NCBI GenBank assembly: GCA_020638495.1
Contig: JACKIN010000003.1
Span: forward strand, 127,997 to 191,996
DNA from: Geminicoccaceae bacterium
GTDB lineage: Bacteria; Pseudomonadota; Alphaproteobacteria; Geminicoccales; Geminicoccaceae
Length of the DNA stretch: 64,000 nt
Reading direction: 5' to 3'
The first letter of the stretch is position 1. Each line of letters opens with the position of its first letter. Positions 28,836 through 40,117 of the stretch are shown here, in pieces. The position numbers and the translations under genes were made by a program. The notes below the pieces were generated by a model. The model searched no databases and was not told the origin of the DNA. It saw only the letters and a list, made by a program, of their open reading frames with translations.

Positions 28836-29396
28836 ATGGACAGCGACAGTAGCCCATCTATCGAGGTGGCGGTCGGCAATGGCGCATGGCGCTCGGCCGT
28901 CACCGATCCCGAGGTCATCTGCCACCAGGCGGCCACCGCCGCCTTGCGAGCCGCGGCCGAGACCTACTTCTCAACCGGCGTGCCCGACCGCCTCGAGGTC
29001 AGCATCAGGCTGACCGACGACGCCGAGGTGCAGGCGCTCAACCGGACTTGGCGAGGTCAGGACAAGCCGACCAACGTCCTGTCCTTCGAGGGCGATGACC
29101 CCGGCCTCGTCGACCCCCGCACCCCTTCGGACGCGCCCTGGCTGCTCGGCGACGTGGTGCTCGCCTGCGAGACCGTGACGCGCGAGGCCGAGGCGGACGG
29201 CCGGCCGGTCGCGGCGCATCTCGCCCATCTCGTGGTGCATGGCGTCCTCCATCTGCTCGGCCACGATCACGAGGACGAGGTCGACGCCCTGACGATGGAG
29301 GGGCTGGAGAGCCGAATCGTCGAAGGGCTCGGCTATGCCGATCCGCATGGCGAGCCCGGGCTGCAGCCGGCGCCCCTCGCGGAGGCTCGGCCATGA
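28836..29396 (+). CDS. ybeY: rRNA maturation endoribonuclease YbeY
   Basis: KPTNVLSF and the zinc motif HLVVHGVLHLLGHDHE. Confidence 0.9.
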   Translation: MDSDSSPSIEVAVGNGAWRSAVTDPEVICHQAATAALRAAAETYFSTGVPDRLEVSIRLTDDAEVQALNRTWRGQDKPTNVLSFEGDDPGLVDPRTPSDAPWLLGDVVLACETVTREAEADGRPVAAHLAHLVVHGVLHLLGHDHEDEVDALTMEGLESRIVEGLGYADPHGEPGLQPAPLAEARP

Positions 29397-30325
29397 GGCA
29401 GCTCGCCCGACGCCAGGACACCAGCCCGTCCATGCTCGAGGGGCTGCTGCGCCGGCTGCGCGAGCTGGCCAGCGGCGAGAGCAGCACGGGCGGCCTGCGC
29501 GAGACCCTCGAGGACCTGCTGGAGGAGGAGGATTCGGGCCCCGGTGCGGAGCAGTTCACGCCCGAGGAGCGGGAGCTGGTGCTCAACGCCTTGAGCTTCG
29601 GCGAGCTTCGGGTCGACGACGTCATGGTGCCGCGCGCCGATATCCGCGCCATCGAGATCAACACCGGTCTCGACGACGTCGTGGCGGCGATGCGCGAGGC
29701 CGGCCACTCGCGGCTGCTGGTCTTTCGCGACCGCCTCGACGACGTGGTCGGGCTCGTCCACATCAAGGATCTCCTGCCCTTCTGGGGCGACGGCGGCGAT
29801 TTCGCGCTGAGCGCGGTCATGCGCCAGGTGCCGGTCGTCCCGCCATCGATGCGCGTGCTCGACCTGCTTCTGGAGATGCGCAAGAGCCACGCCCACATGG
29901 TGGCGGTGGTGGACGAGTTCGGCGGCACCGACGGGCTGGTGACCGTCGAGGATCTGGTGGTCGAGATCCTCGGCGAGATCCATGACGAGCACGCGCCGGA
30001 CGAGCCGCCGCAGCTGGTCCATCGGGCCGATGGCAGCATCGAGGCCGATGGCCGGGTGGATCTCGAGGACCTCGAGGAGCAGCTCGGCCAGACATTGCTC
30101 GATGGCGACGAGCGCGACGAGGTCGACACCCTGGGCGGCCTGATCTTCACCCTGGTCGACCGGGTGCCCGATATCGGCGAATCGGTGCACCATCCGGTCG
30201 GGCTCACTTTCCACATCCTCGACGCCGATCCGCGGCGCATCAAGCGCGTGCGCATCGAGATCGTGGATCCGGAGGAACGCCAGCCGAGGCGCCTCGCCGG
30301 CGAGCTGCTCGGGCCGGGCGATTGA
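29393..30325 (+). CDS. corC: CBS-domain CorC/HlyC (YbeX/TlyC) family transporter-associated protein
   Basis: LRVDDVMVPRADIRAIE...HSRLLVFRDRLDDVVGLVHIKDLL (a CBS pair) plus the C-terminal CorC_HlyC domain. The start overlaps the ybeY stop (ATGA). Confidence 0.88.
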   Translation: MRQLARRQDTSPSMLEGLLRRLRELASGESSTGGLRETLEDLLEEEDSGPGAEQFTPEERELVLNALSFGELRVDDVMVPRADIRAIEINTGLDDVVAAMREAGHSRLLVFRDRLDDVVGLVHIKDLLPFWGDGGDFALSAVMRQVPVVPPSMRVLDLLLEMRKSHAHMVAVVDEFGGTDGLVTVEDLVVEILGEIHDEHAPDEPPQLVHRADGSIEADGRVDLEDLEEQLGQTLLDGDERDEVDTLGGLIFTLVDRVPDIGESVHHPVGLTFHILDADPRRIKRVRIEIVDPEERQPRRLAGELLGPGD

Positions 30326-31920
30326 GCTCGGGCACGGCCGTGGCGGGTCGCGTCCCGGCCGCGGCGGCGGAGCGGCCGGCCCGGCTCTGGCTGACGCCGA
30401 TTGCCGGCGCCGCACTGGCGCTCGCCCTGCCGCCTCTGGGCTTCCTGCCGGCGGCCCTGGCGCTTGGCCTGCTCTTCGTCCAGCTACAGGGCGCACGCGG
30501 CTACTGGCCGGCCTTCGCGCGGGCCTGGCTCTTCGGCTTCGGCTTCCATCTGGCCGGGCTCTACTGGGTCGGCATTGCCTTCCTCGCCGAGGCCGACCGG
30601 TTCGGCGCCCTGGCGGTGCCGGGCGTCGTCGCCCTGGCCGCCATCCTCGCCGTGATCGGCGCCATGCCACTCGCCCTCCTCGGCCCCCTGCGGCTGCGGC
30701 AGCCGATCGCCGCCGCCGCGGTGTTTGCCGGGCTCTGGTGCCTGGGCGAGCTCGCGCGTGGCCAGCATGGGGTGCAGTTCCCCTGGAACCCTCTGGCGCT
30801 GGCGCTGGCGGCGACCGACACCTCGCTGCAGGTCGTGGCGCTCGTCGGCACCACCGCCGGCGGCTTCCTCGTCGCCTGGCTCGCCGCACTCGTCGGCGTC
30901 GCCCTGACGGTGCGGGCGGCGCGCCGGACGGCGCTCGCCCTCTGCCTCGCCATGGTCGCGGGCCTCGCCGCCTTCGGCCTCTGGCGCCTGGCCAGCCACC
31001 CGCCGGGCCTTATGGCCGAACCGCCGGTCACGGTGCGGATCGTCCAGGCCAACATCGCCCAGCACCACAAATGGGATCCGGCGCTGCGCCGAAACTGGTT
31101 CGATCGGCATCTCGACCTCGCCCGGCAACCCATCCGGCCGGATGCGCCGGATCGGCCGGACATCGTCGTCTGGCCGGAGAGCTCGGTGCCCTATTCGCTG
31201 GACGCCGAGCCGGAGGTCCGCGGCCTCATCGGCGACGTCGTCCGGCCCGGGGGAGTCGTCATTCTCGGCTCCAACCATTTCGACGGCTCCGTCGAGCCGC
31301 CGATCCTGCACAACAGCGTCTACGCGCTCGCCGGCGACGGCGAGCTGCTCGGCCGCTACGACAAGGTGGACCTCGTGCCGTTCGGCGAGTTCCTGCCCAT
31401 GCGGCCGCTCCTCGGCGCAGTCGGGCTCGAGGCGCTCGCCGTCGGCAGCATGGACTTCCAGGCAGGCCCGGGGCGCACCACCATGGCCCTGCCGGGCCTG
31501 CCGCCGGCGAGCCCGCTCGTCTGCTTCGAGGCCGCCTTTCCCGGCCGCGGCACCGACGGCTCCGGCCGTGCCCGGTGGATCGTCAACGTCACCAACGACG
31601 CCTGGTTCGGCATCTCGAGCGGGCCCTACCAGCACGCTGCCATGGCGCGGATGCGAGCGGTGGAGACCGGCCTGCCGCTGGTGCGGGCCGCCAATACGGG
31701 CATCTCGATGCTCACCGACCCCATGGGCCGCGTCCTGGACAGCCTGCCGCTCGGCACCACCGGCACCATCGACGCCAGCCTCCCCGCCGCCCTGCCCACC
31801 TCCCCGCCGATCACCCGGTGGCCCTGGCTCTCGTCGCTGCTGATGGGCCTCGCCTTGCTGGCGGCCGGCGCCGCCGAGCTTGCCGGCCGCAGGTCATCCC
31901 CTCGAGACAGGGACCATTGA
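30322..31920 (+). CDS. lnt: apolipoprotein N-acyltransferase
   Basis: N-terminal polytopic region plus a CN-hydrolase domain (VRIVQANIAQHHKW, VVWPESSVPY, LVCFEAAFP). TTG at 30322 overlaps the corC stop. GTG at 30340 is an alternative. Confidence 0.88.
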   Translation: MSSGTAVAGRVPAAAAERPARLWLTPIAGAALALALPPLGFLPAALALGLLFVQLQGARGYWPAFARAWLFGFGFHLAGLYWVGIAFLAEADRFGALAVPGVVALAAILAVIGAMPLALLGPLRLRQPIAAAAVFAGLWCLGELARGQHGVQFPWNPLALALAATDTSLQVVALVGTTAGGFLVAWLAALVGVALTVRAARRTALALCLAMVAGLAAFGLWRLASHPPGLMAEPPVTVRIVQANIAQHHKWDPALRRNWFDRHLDLARQPIRPDAPDRPDIVVWPESSVPYSLDAEPEVRGLIGDVVRPGGVVILGSNHFDGSVEPPILHNSVYALAGDGELLGRYDKVDLVPFGEFLPMRPLLGAVGLEALAVGSMDFQAGPGRTTMALPGLPPASPLVCFEAAFPGRGTDGSGRARWIVNVTNDAWFGISSGPYQHAAMARMRAVETGLPLVRAANTGISMLTDPMGRVLDSLPLGTTGTIDASLPAALPTSPPITRWPWLSSLLMGLALLAAGAAELAGRRSSPRDRDH

Positions 31921-32070
31921 TCGCTGCAGCGCCCTGACAACGGGTGCCGGCAATCGCGTCGCCCGGCCATTTTGGCGCCTCCCGTGGCAGCACGTCGCCT
32001 CTCGGGGCTTGAACCACAGCCACTTCATCGGCAGAACACCGCCAACCCAGCCAGACGGACATCACCCCAC

Positions 32071-33237
32071 ATGGTCGCCAACGATTACCTCTTCACCAGC
32101 GAATCGGTCTCCGAAGGTCATCCGGACAAGGTCTGCGACCGGATCTCCGACGAGGTGGTGGACGCCTATCTCGCTGCCGAGCCGGAAGCCCGCGTCGCCT
32201 GCGAGACCCTGACCACGACCAACCGCATCGTGATCGCCGGCGAGGTGCGCGGGCCCGCCGGGCTGACCCACGACCACGTCCGCTGCATCGCCCGCGAGGC
32301 GGTGCGGGCGATCGGCTACGAGCAGGACGGGTTCCACTGGCGCGATGCCGCCGTGGATGTCTATCTGCACGAGCAGTCCAGCGACATCGCCATGGGCGTC
32401 GATGCCGGCGCCGACAAGGAAGAGGGTGCCGGCGACCAGGGCATCATGTTCGGCTTCGCCTGCGACGAGACGCCGGACCTGATGCCGGCGCCGATCCTCT
32501 ACGCCCACCAGATCCTGCGACTGATGGCGGAGGCGCGCCATGCGGGCCAGACGCCCGAGCTCGCCCCCGACGCCAAGAGCCAGGTGACGCTGCGCTATGC
32601 CGGCGGGCGGCCGATCGCCTGCACCTCGCTCGTCGTCTCGACCCAGCACAAGGCCTCGGCCGGCCGCGAGCAGGTGCGCGAGATCGTCCGCGGCTTCGCC
32701 AAGCAGGTGCTGCCCGAGGGCTGGATGCCGGCCGAGGACGAGTTCTACGTCAATCCCACGGGCCAGTTCGTCATCGGCGGGCCGGACGGCGACGCCGGCC
32801 TCACGGGCCGCAAGATCATCGTCGACACCTATGGCGGGGCGGCGCCGCATGGCGGCGGCGCCTTCTCCGGCAAGGACCCGACCAAGGTCGACCGGTCGGC
32901 CGCCTACGCGGCCCGCTACCTCGCGAAGAACGTGGTGGCAGGCGGGCTCGCCAGGCGCTGCCTGATCCAGCTCTCCTATGCCATCGGCATCGCCAAGCCG
33001 CTCTCGATCTATGTGGACACGCAGGGCACGGGCGAGGTCGACGAGGCGCGCCTCGCCGACCTGATGATGGATCTCGACCTCAGCCCGCGCGGCATCCGTC
33101 GCCGGCTGCAGCTCAACCGGCCGATCTACGCGCGCACCTCGGCCTATGGCCATTTCGGCCGGCAGCCCACCGCCGATGGCGGCTTCTCCTGGGAGCAGAC
33201 CGATCTCGCCGACGAGCTCAAGCGCGCCTTCAACTGA
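32071..33237 (+). CDS. metK: S-adenosylmethionine synthase
   Basis: [34 protein letters not shown] and [19 protein letters not shown]. Confidence 0.95.
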   Translation: MVANDYLFTSESVSEGHPDKVCDRISDEVVDAYLAAEPEARVACETLTTTNRIVIAGEVRGPAGLTHDHVRCIAREAVRAIGYEQDGFHWRDAAVDVYLHEQSSDIAMGVDAGADKEEGAGDQGIMFGFACDETPDLMPAPILYAHQILRLMAEARHAGQTPELAPDAKSQVTLRYAGGRPIACTSLVVSTQHKASAGREQVREIVRGFAKQVLPEGWMPAEDEFYVNPTGQFVIGGPDGDAGLTGRKIIVDTYGGAAPHGGGAFSGKDPTKVDRSAAYAARYLAKNVVAGGLARRCLIQLSYAIGIAKPLSIYVDTQGTGEVDEARLADLMMDLDLSPRGIRRRLQLNRPIYARTSAYGHFGRQPTADGGFSWEQTDLADELKRAFN

Positions 33238-33967
33238 TCCGACGGCCGAGCCGCCAAGGCGGCAGCGGGTTCTCTATGGGCGGCGGAGCGGCCCGGGCCT
33301 GCGTCCGGGCCAGCGCGAGCGGCTGGACCGGCTGCTGCCGCGGCTCGCCATCGACCTGCCGGCCGCCGGCGCGCTCGATCCGGCGAGCCTGTTCACGCCG
33401 CCGCGCCAAAGGGTCTGGCTGGAGATCGGCTTCGGCGGCGGCGAGCACCTCGCGGCACAGGCGGCCGCCAACCCGACCGTCGGCCTGATCGGCGTCGAGC
33501 CTTTCGTCGACGGCGTGGCGCGCCTCCTGGCCCAGGTCGAGGAGCGGCAGCTCCACAATGTTCGCCTGCTCGTGGACGACGCGCGGCTGCTGCTCGACCG
33601 TCTGCCGGAGGCGTCGATCGAGCGGCTCTTCGTCCTCTTCGCCGATCCCTGGCCGAAGAAGCGGCACTGGAAGCGGCGGATCGTGAATGCCGAGACGGTG
33701 GCGCGCTTCGCCGACCTTCTGGTCGACGATGGCGAGCTCCGGGTCGCCACGGACGATCCGGGCTACCGCCGCTGGATGCTCGCCTGCCTGCTCGGCGAGC
33801 AGCGGCTCGACTGGTGCGTGCGCGGCCCCGAGGACTGGCGCGACCGCCCGCCGGACTGGCCGCCGACGCGCTACGAGAAGAAGGCCCTGGCGGCCGGCCG
33901 CCGGCCGGTCTTTCTGCGGTTCCGCCGCAAGTCGCGCACCGCAGAGCTTGCAACATCGGCCGAATGA
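33176..33967 (+). CDS. trmB: tRNA (guanine46-N7)-methyltransferase
   Basis: [14 protein letters not shown]..., [12 protein letters not shown] and [14 protein letters not shown]. There is no ATG, GTG, TTG or CTG in frame between the metK stop and the conserved LYGRR motif. The start must therefore be ATG 33176 or 33146, inside metK. Confidence 0.85.
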   Translation: MAASPGSRPISPTSSSAPSTDPTAEPPRRQRVLYGRRSGPGLRPGQRERLDRLLPRLAIDLPAAGALDPASLFTPPRQRVWLEIGFGGGEHLAAQAAANPTVGLIGVEPFVDGVARLLAQVEERQLHNVRLLVDDARLLLDRLPEASIERLFVLFADPWPKKRHWKRRIVNAETVARFADLLVDDGELRVATDDPGYRRWMLACLLGEQRLDWCVRGPEDWRDRPPDWPPTRYEKKALAAGRRPVFLRFRRKSRTAELATSAE

Positions 33968-34002
33968 TCCCATAACCCGGATAGATCTCGGCTTGGGAAA
34001 GC

Positions 34003-34034
34003 AGAGTGGGTTTCGGCCCGCTCTTTTTTGTTTT
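34003..34034 (+). terminator. rho-independent terminator after trmB
   Basis: GAGTGGG-TTTCGG-CCCGCTC (one G-U pair) followed by TTTTTTGTTTT. Confidence 0.6.
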
Positions 34035-34108
34035 GGCGCCAGATTCCCGCACCGCAGGCGTCGAGCCGAGGTCTTGCGACAAGTTGACAGGGTTTTTGCA
34101 CGGACCGA

Positions 34109-34636
34109 ATGACGACGGCACACGAAGGATCAAGGATCGAGCCCCTCGCCGCGCTGCTGGCGCCGACGCTGCACGATCTGGGCTTCGATCTGGTGCAGGT
34201 GCGGCTGATCGGCGGGCAGCGGCGGACGTTGCAGGTGATGGCCGAGCCCCTGGACCGGGGCGTCACGATGACGGTCGAGCATTGCGCCGACATCAGCCAG
34301 GCCGTGTCGGCGGTGCTCGACGTGGCCGACCCGATCGCCGGCGCCTATGTGCTCGAGGTGTCGTCGCCGGGCCTGGATCGACCGCTGGTCCGGCTCGACG
34401 ACTTCGCGCGCTTTGCCGGTGACGAGGTGCGGCTCGAGGTCGAGCCGCCTCTGGACGGCCGCAAGCGGTGGCGCGGCCGGCTCGAGGGTGTCGCCGGCGA
34501 GGACGTGCTCTTGACTGTCGATGGGCTGACCCGGCGGGTGCCGTACCCGACCATCAGGAAGGCCAAGCTGGTATTGACCGACGCGCTCGTGGCGGCCGCC
34601 CTCAAGGGTGGCGCCGGGCAGGAGGCGAGGGAGTAG
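34109..34636 (+). CDS. rimP: ribosome maturation factor RimP
   Basis: IEPLAALLAPTLHDLGFDLVQVRL...YVLEVSSPGLDRPL, at the conserved position before nusA. Confidence 0.9.
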   Translation: MTTAHEGSRIEPLAALLAPTLHDLGFDLVQVRLIGGQRRTLQVMAEPLDRGVTMTVEHCADISQAVSAVLDVADPIAGAYVLEVSSPGLDRPLVRLDDFARFAGDEVRLEVEPPLDGRKRWRGRLEGVAGEDVLLTVDGLTRRVPYPTIRKAKLVLTDALVAAALKGGAGQEARE

Positions 34637-34639
34637 GCG

Positions 34640-36226
34640 ATGGAACTCAGCACCGCATTGGGACGGGCCGAGCTGTTGCGGGTCGCCGAGACGGTGGCCC
34701 AGGAGAAGGGGATCGACACCGCCGAGGTGATCGACGCCCTGGAGCAGGCCGTGCAGACCGCCGCCCGCCGCAAGTACGGGCTCGAGCACGACATCATCGC
34801 CGAGATCGATCGCAAGACCGGCGAGATCAGGCTGTTCCGGCAGCTCGAGGTGGCCGAGGTCGTCGAGGACTACGCCAAGCAGCTCAGCCTCGACGAGGCG
34901 CGCGACCGCAACCCGGCGGCCCAGCCCGGCGACCTCATTCTCGATGCCTTGCCGCCGATCGATCTCGGCCGCATCGCAGCACAGAGCGCCAAGCAGGTCA
35001 TCGTCCAGAAGGTGCGCGACGCCGAGCGCGAGCGCCAGTTCGACGAGTTCAAGGACCGGATCGGCGAGATCGTCATCGGCGAGGTCAAGCGCACCGAGCA
35101 CGGCAACGTCCTGGTCGATCTCGGCCGGGCCGAGGCGATCGTGCGCCGCGACGACCTGATCCCGCGCGAGAGCTTCAGGAACAAGGACCGGATCAGGGCC
35201 TATCTCTACGACGTGCGGCACGAGACCCGCGGCCCGCAGATCTTCCTGTCCCGGACGCACCCGCAGTTCATGGCGAAGCTCTTCGAGCAGGAAGTGCCCG
35301 AGATCTACGACAGCATCATCGAGATCAAGTCGGTCGCCCGCGATCCCGGGAGCCGGGCCAAGATCGCGGTGATCTCGAAGGACAGCAGCATCGACCCGGT
35401 CGGCGCCTGCGTCGGCATGCGCGGCAGCCGCGTCCAGGCGGTCGTGCAGGAGCTGGCGGGCGAGAAGGTCGACATCATTCCCTGGTCGCCCGACCCCGCG
35501 ACCTTCGTCGTCAATGCGCTGGCCCCGGCCGAGGTGAGCAAGGTCGTGCTCGATCCGGAAGCCAATCGCATCGAGGTCATCGTTCCCGACCACATGCAGC
35601 ACATCGCCATCGGCCGCCGCGGCCAGAACGTGCGGCTCGCCTCGCAGCTCACCGGCTGGGACATCGACATCGTCTCCGAGGGCGAGGATTCCGAGCGGCG
35701 CAACCGCGAGTTCCGCGAGGCCACCGAGCTGTTCATCGAGAGCCTGAACGTCGAGGAGGTGATCGCCCAGCTGCTCGCCACCGAAGGCTTCGCCAATGTC
35801 GAGGACGTGGCCTACAGCGAGACGGACGAGCTGGCCGCCATCGAGGGCTTCGACGAGGAGATCGCCGAGGCGCTCAAGGAGCGGGCCGCCGCGTTCCTCG
35901 AGGAGCGCGAGCAGGAAATGAACGCCGAGGCCGACGAGCTCGGCATCGGCGAGGACCTGCGCGCCTTCACCCTGATCGATCTCAAGACGGTCGTGGCCCT
36001 CGGTCGCCAGGGGGTGAAGAGCCTCGAGGACTTCGCCGATCTCGCCACCGACGAGCTGGTCGAGATGCTCGCCGCCGAGGCGCCGATCGACGAGGTGACG
36101 GCCGCCGATCTCATCCTCCAGGCCCGCCTGGTGCTGGGCTGGATCGAGCCGGAGCCGGAGCCCGAAGAGCTGCTCGAGGCGGCGGACGCGACCCCGGACG
36201 ATGGCACGGCGGAGACCACACACTGA
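34640..36226 (+). CDS. nusA: transcription termination/antitermination factor NusA
   Basis: N-terminal domain, S1, two KH domains ([31 protein letters not shown]) and C-terminal acidic repeats. Confidence 0.95.
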   Translation: MELSTALGRAELLRVAETVAQEKGIDTAEVIDALEQAVQTAARRKYGLEHDIIAEIDRKTGEIRLFRQLEVAEVVEDYAKQLSLDEARDRNPAAQPGDLILDALPPIDLGRIAAQSAKQVIVQKVRDAERERQFDEFKDRIGEIVIGEVKRTEHGNVLVDLGRAEAIVRRDDLIPRESFRNKDRIRAYLYDVRHETRGPQIFLSRTHPQFMAKLFEQEVPEIYDSIIEIKSVARDPGSRAKIAVISKDSSIDPVGACVGMRGSRVQAVVQELAGEKVDIIPWSPDPATFVVNALAPAEVSKVVLDPEANRIEVIVPDHMQHIAIGRRGQNVRLASQLTGWDIDIVSEGEDSERRNREFREATELFIESLNVEEVIAQLLATEGFANVEDVAYSETDELAAIEGFDEEIAEALKERAAAFLEEREQEMNAEADELGIGEDLRAFTLIDLKTVVALGRQGVKSLEDFADLATDELVEMLAAEAPIDEVTAADLILQARLVLGWIEPEPEPEELLEAADATPDDGTAETTH

Positions 36227-36231
36227 CCGTG

Positions 36232-36912
36232 ATGCTCGCCACCGCCCCGACCGACAGCCCGACGGGCGGCGCCCTTCCGGCCCCGCCCCGGCGGCGCGAC
36301 ATCGTCAGCCGCGAAAGCGGCGACCGGTCGCGCATGCTGCGCTTCGTCGTCGATCCCGAGCGGCGCCTCGTGCCCGATCTGGCGGCCCGTCTGCCGGGCC
36401 GCGGCATCTGGGTCATCGCCGACCGGGAAAGCCTCGCCCAGGCGGTGAAGAAGCGGCTGTTCGACAGGCAGGCCGGCGGCCCGGTGGTCGTGCCGGAGGA
36501 TCTGGGCGGGCTGGTCGAGCGTCTCCTGGTGCTGCGGGCCTGCGACACGCTCGGGCTCGGCCGGCGAGCCGGCGAGGTCGTGCAGGGCTTCGACCAGGTG
36601 GCGGCGGTCCTTGCCGGCAAGGACCAGGGTGTGCTGGTCGAGGCCAGCGACGCAGCCGTGCACGGTGCCCGCAAGCTGCGCGCGCGGCAGGGCGACGGGC
36701 CGCTCGTCGCCTGCCTCACGCGGGCCGAGATCGGTCGAGCGCTCGGTCGCGATGCGGTCGTGCATGCCTGGATGAGACAAGGTACACTAGCGACGCGTCT
36801 GCTCGAGGAGGCGACGAGGCTCGAGGGCTTCCGTCACCGGCAGCAGGCCGGGCCCAGCGCTGCGGGCCCCGCCGACGCGGACGATCAGCAAGGGACATCG
36901 AGAGCAAGATGA
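36232..36912 (+). CDS. YlxR (DUF448)-like RNA-binding protein fused to an L7Ae/YlxQ-like C-terminal domain
   Basis: [28 protein letters not shown] is DUF448-like. The position between nusA and infB matches the B. subtilis rimP-nusA-ylxR-ylxQ-infB order. Its stop overlaps the infB ATG (ATGA). Confidence 0.8.
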   Translation: MLATAPTDSPTGGALPAPPRRRDIVSRESGDRSRMLRFVVDPERRLVPDLAARLPGRGIWVIADRESLAQAVKKRLFDRQAGGPVVVPEDLGGLVERLLVLRACDTLGLGRRAGEVVQGFDQVAAVLAGKDQGVLVEASDAAVHGARKLRARQGDGPLVACLTRAEIGRALGRDAVVHAWMRQGTLATRLLEEATRLEGFRHRQQAGPSAAGPADADDQQGTSRAR

Positions 36913-39617
36913 GCGACGCCAAAGGGCAGGATCGAAACACGCGGATCGAGCTCGGCAAGGGCTCGGCCGGCGGTCGCCTCGAGCTCAAGAAAGCCGGTGA
37001 GCAGGGAACGGTTCGCCAGAGCTTCAGCCATGGCCGCAGCAAGGCGGTCGCCGTCGAGGTGAAGCGGCGGCGCGGTGCCACGGCACCCGCCGCCACGCCT
37101 CGTCCAGCCGCGACAGCGCCGGCGGAAGGTCAGTCGACCGCAGCGCCGGCCCCCAGGCCGGTCGCCGCCCCGACGCGGCCGCCGGCCGAAGCGCTCCGCC
37201 AGCAGCGCGCGGTGACCGAGGCGCGCGGCTCACGCAGCGGGCGCGGCCCGATGGTGCTGCCGACGCTGACCGAGGACGAGAAGCGCTCGCGCCTGCGGGC
37301 CCTCGCCGAATCGAAGAAGATCGAGGAGGAAGCCCGCGCCCGCGCCGCCGAGAACGCGCGCCGCGCCGCCGACGAGGCGGCCCGGCGCAAGGCGGACGAG
37401 GACGCCGCGGCCCAGCGCAAGGCCGAGGAAGAATCCAGGCGGAAGGTCGAGGAGGAGGCGCGCAAGCGCGCCGAGGAGCAGGCCGCACGCCTCGTGGCCG
37501 ACGAGGAGAAGCGGCGGGCGGCCGCGGAAGCGCAGGCGACCAACCAGGCTGCGGCACCGGCGGTGCTGGACGCGGATGGCGAGCTGCGGGCACCCGAGGA
37601 AAGCAAGCGGGGGGCCAAGGCTGCCCGTCAGCTGCCGGTCGGCGAGGACGAGGAAGGTCGCGGCAAGGGCGGCAAGGGCGATCGCCGCAACACGCTCCGG
37701 CGGACCGAGCGCGACACCCGGCGCAACGACAAGCGGCTCATCCTCACCACCGACGAGGAGGCCGAGGAGATCGAACGGACCCGCAGCCTCGCGGCGCTCA
37801 AGCGCCAGCGCGAGCGCGAGCGGCGTCAGCAATCGTCCGGCGGCACCGAGCCGGCAGTCCGGGAGGTCGTGGTGCCGGAAATGATTACCGTCCAGGAGCT
37901 CGCCTCGCGCATGGCGGTGCGCGGTGCCGAGGTGGTCAAGGTCCTGATGCGCAGTGGCATCATGGTGACCATCAACCAGACGATCGACGCCGACACCGCC
38001 GAGCTGGTGCTCTCCGAGTTCGGCCAGGCGGCACGGCGGGTCAGCGAGAGCGACGTCGAGATCGGCCTCGAGGGTGCCGAGGACGACGCCACCAAGCTGC
38101 AGCCGCGGGCCCCGGTGGTCACGGTCATGGGCCATGTCGACCACGGCAAGACCTCGCTGCTCGACGCGCTGCGCCAGACCGATGTGGTGGCCGGCGAGGC
38201 CGGCGGCATCACCCAGCATATCGGCGCCTATCAGGTGACGGTGGGCAACGGTGCCAGGGTGACCTTCATCGACACGCCGGGTCACGCCGCCTTCACGGCA
38301 ATGCGCGCGCGCGGCGCCTCGATCACCGACATCGTCGTCCTGGTCGTGGCCGCCGATGACGGCGTCATGCCGCAGACGATCGAGGCCATCCGCCACGCCA
38401 AGGCGGCGAAGGTGCCGATCGTCGTTGCCGTCAACAAGATCGACAAGCCCGAGGCCAATCCCGATCGCGTCAAGCAGGAGCTCTTGAGCCACGACGTCGT
38501 GGTCGAGGATTTCGGCGGCGACGTGCTGTGCGTGCCGGTGAGCGCCTTGCAGAAGCAGGGTCTCGACAAGCTGGTCGAGCAGCTCCAGCTGCAGGCCGAG
38601 CTGCTCGAGCTCAAGGCCAATCCCGACCGCGAGGCCAGGGGTGCGGTCGTCGAGGCGCGGCTCGATCGGGGTCGCGGCGTGGTGGCCACGGTGCTCGTCC
38701 AGAACGGCACGCTTAACCAGGGCGACATCGTCGTCGCCGGTGCCTCCTGGGGTCGTGTCCGCTCGATGAGCGACGACCGCGGCGAGACGATCAAGTCGGC
38801 CGGGCCGTCCGTGCCCGTCGAGATCCAGGGTCTCGACGACGTGCCCGAGGCCGGCGACCAGTTCGTCGTCGTCGAGAACGAGAAGCGAGCCCGCGATATC
38901 GCCGACTACCGCAGCCGCAAGCAGCGCGAGCAGCAGCAGCTCAAGGCATCGCCGGCGCGCAGCTCGCTCGAGGAGATGTTCTCGCAGCTCAAGGCTGGCG
39001 AGATCCAGAGCCTGCCCGTCGTGGTCAAGTCGGACGTGCACGGCTCGCTCGAGGCGATCCAGGCCGGCCTCGAGAAGATCGGCAACGAGGAGGCCAATGT
39101 CCGCGTGCTCTATGGCGGCGTAGGCGGCATCACCGAAAGCGACGTCACGCTGGCGCAGGCCTCGCAGGCGGTGGTCATCGGCTTCAATGTCCGCGCCAAC
39201 GCCCAGGCCCGCGATCTCGCCAAGCGCGAGGGGATCGAGATCCGCTACTACTCGATCATCTACGAGCTGCTCGACGAGATGAAGGGCCTGCTCGAGGGGA
39301 TGCTCGCACCCGAGGCCAGGGAAAACATCCTCGGCCATGCCGAGATCCGCGAGGTCTTCAGCGTCAGCAAGGTCGGCAAGGTGGCCGGCTGCCGGGTCGT
39401 CGACGGGCTCATCCGGCGCGGCAGCCGGGCCAGGCTGCTGCGCGACGACGTGGTCGTCTTCGACGGCCAGCTCGGCTCGCTCAAGCGCTTCAAGGACGAT
39501 GTCCGCGAGGTGCGCGAGGGCTTCGAGTGCGGCATGTCGATCGAGGGCTACAACGACATCCGTCAGGGTGACCTGATCGAGGTCTACGAGGTGCAGGAGG
39601 TGGCGCGCACGCTCTAG
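36909..39617 (+). CDS. infB: translation initiation factor IF-2
   Basis: Charged low-complexity N-terminus, G domain ([26 protein letters not shown]), and the C-terminal fMet-tRNA-binding domain. Confidence 0.95.
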   Translation: MSDAKGQDRNTRIELGKGSAGGRLELKKAGEQGTVRQSFSHGRSKAVAVEVKRRRGATAPAATPRPAATAPAEGQSTAAPAPRPVAAPTRPPAEALRQQRAVTEARGSRSGRGPMVLPTLTEDEKRSRLRALAESKKIEEEARARAAENARRAADEAARRKADEDAAAQRKAEEESRRKVEEEARKRAEEQAARLVADEEKRRAAAEAQATNQAAAPAVLDADGELRAPEESKRGAKAARQLPVGEDEEGRGKGGKGDRRNTLRRTERDTRRNDKRLILTTDEEAEEIERTRSLAALKRQRERERRQQSSGGTEPAVREVVVPEMITVQELASRMAVRGAEVVKVLMRSGIMVTINQTIDADTAELVLSEFGQAARRVSESDVEIGLEGAEDDATKLQPRAPVVTVMGHVDHGKTSLLDALRQTDVVAGEAGGITQHIGAYQVTVGNGARVTFIDTPGHAAFTAMRARGASITDIVVLVVAADDGVMPQTIEAIRHAKAAKVPIVVAVNKIDKPEANPDRVKQELLSHDVVVEDFGGDVLCVPVSALQKQGLDKLVEQLQLQAELLELKANPDREARGAVVEARLDRGRGVVATVLVQNGTLNQGDIVVAGASWGRVRSMSDDRGETIKSAGPSVPVEIQGLDDVPEAGDQFVVVENEKRARDIADYRSRKQREQQQLKASPARSSLEEMFSQLKAGEIQSLPVVVKSDVHGSLEAIQAGLEKIGNEEANVRVLYGGVGGITESDVTLAQASQAVVIGFNVRANAQARDLAKREGIEIRYYSIIYELLDEMKGLLEGMLAPEARENILGHAEIREVFSVSKVGKVAGCRVVDGLIRRGSRARLLRDDVVVFDGQLGSLKRFKDDVREVREGFECGMSIEGYNDIRQGDLIEVYEVQEVARTL

Positions 39618-39667
39618 GACGAAGCTGTCCAGGGTCGGTGCGGCGTTCGCCCGCAAGGTCTTTTGTC

Positions 39668-40117
39668 ATGTCCAGGGATCGATCCGGCGCTGCGCCGTCG
39701 CAGCGCCAACTCAGGGTCGGCGAGCAGATGCGTCATCTGCTCGCCGGGCACCTCATGCGCGGCGATCTGCACGATCGCCATCTCGAGACGGTGAGCGTCA
39801 CCGTTTCCGAGGTCAGGATGAGCCGCGATCTTCGCCACGCGCAGGTGTTCGTCGCCGAGCTCGGCCGCGACGTTCAGCCCCGCACGCTCGAAGCCCTGAA
39901 CCGGCTGGCCCCGGTCCTCGGCGGCCGGCTGGCGCGCGAGATGAACCTCAAATACGCGCCGCGCCTGCGCTTCGAGGCGGATCTGAGCTACAGCCACGCG
40001 GCCCATATCGACGACCTCCTGCGCACCGGGCTCGCGGCGCATGCGCCAGCCGCGGACGATGCCGGCGACGAGGGTGCCGCGGCCTCCGGCAAGTCGGGCG
40101 GAGCCGGCGACGAATGA
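39668..40117 (+). CDS. rbfA: ribosome-binding factor A
   Basis: SQRQLRVGEQMRHLLAGHL...VTVSEVRMSRDLRHAQVFV...LKYAPRLRFEAD. Confidence 0.9.
   Translation: MSRDRSGAAPSQRQLRVGEQMRHLLAGHLMRGDLHDRHLETVSVTVSEVRMSRDLRHAQVFVAELGRDVQPRTLEALNRLAPVLGGRLAREMNLKYAPRLRFEADLSYSHAAHIDDLLRTGLAAHAPAADDAGDEGAAASGKSGGAGDE

Noticed and set aside
31921-32070. A possible SAM-II or SAM/SAH riboswitch in the 150-nt metK leader (CCATTTTGGCGCC... and ACAACGG strings)
   Set aside because: There is no downstream AAAGC pseudoknot partner for SAM-II. The ACAACGG string lies about 130 nt from the start codon and is not arranged to sequester the SD, as the SAM/SAH class requires. I cannot support a riboswitch call without a covariance-model scan.
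34084-34112. A perfect TTGACA 20 nt upstream of the rimP ATG as a promoter
   Set aside because: With normal spacing, the -10 element would overlap the rimP start codon itself. No alternative downstream start preserves the conserved RimP N-terminus, so I left it uncalled.
37230-39656. An 808-aa minus-strand ORF. Similar cases are 34130..36223 (697 aa), 41313..43040, 43523..45085 and 51780..54074.
   Set aside because: All are antisense shadows of infB, nusA, pnp, the NMO-family gene and the yeeE-TIGR02186-usp genes. None has any recognisable domain signature.
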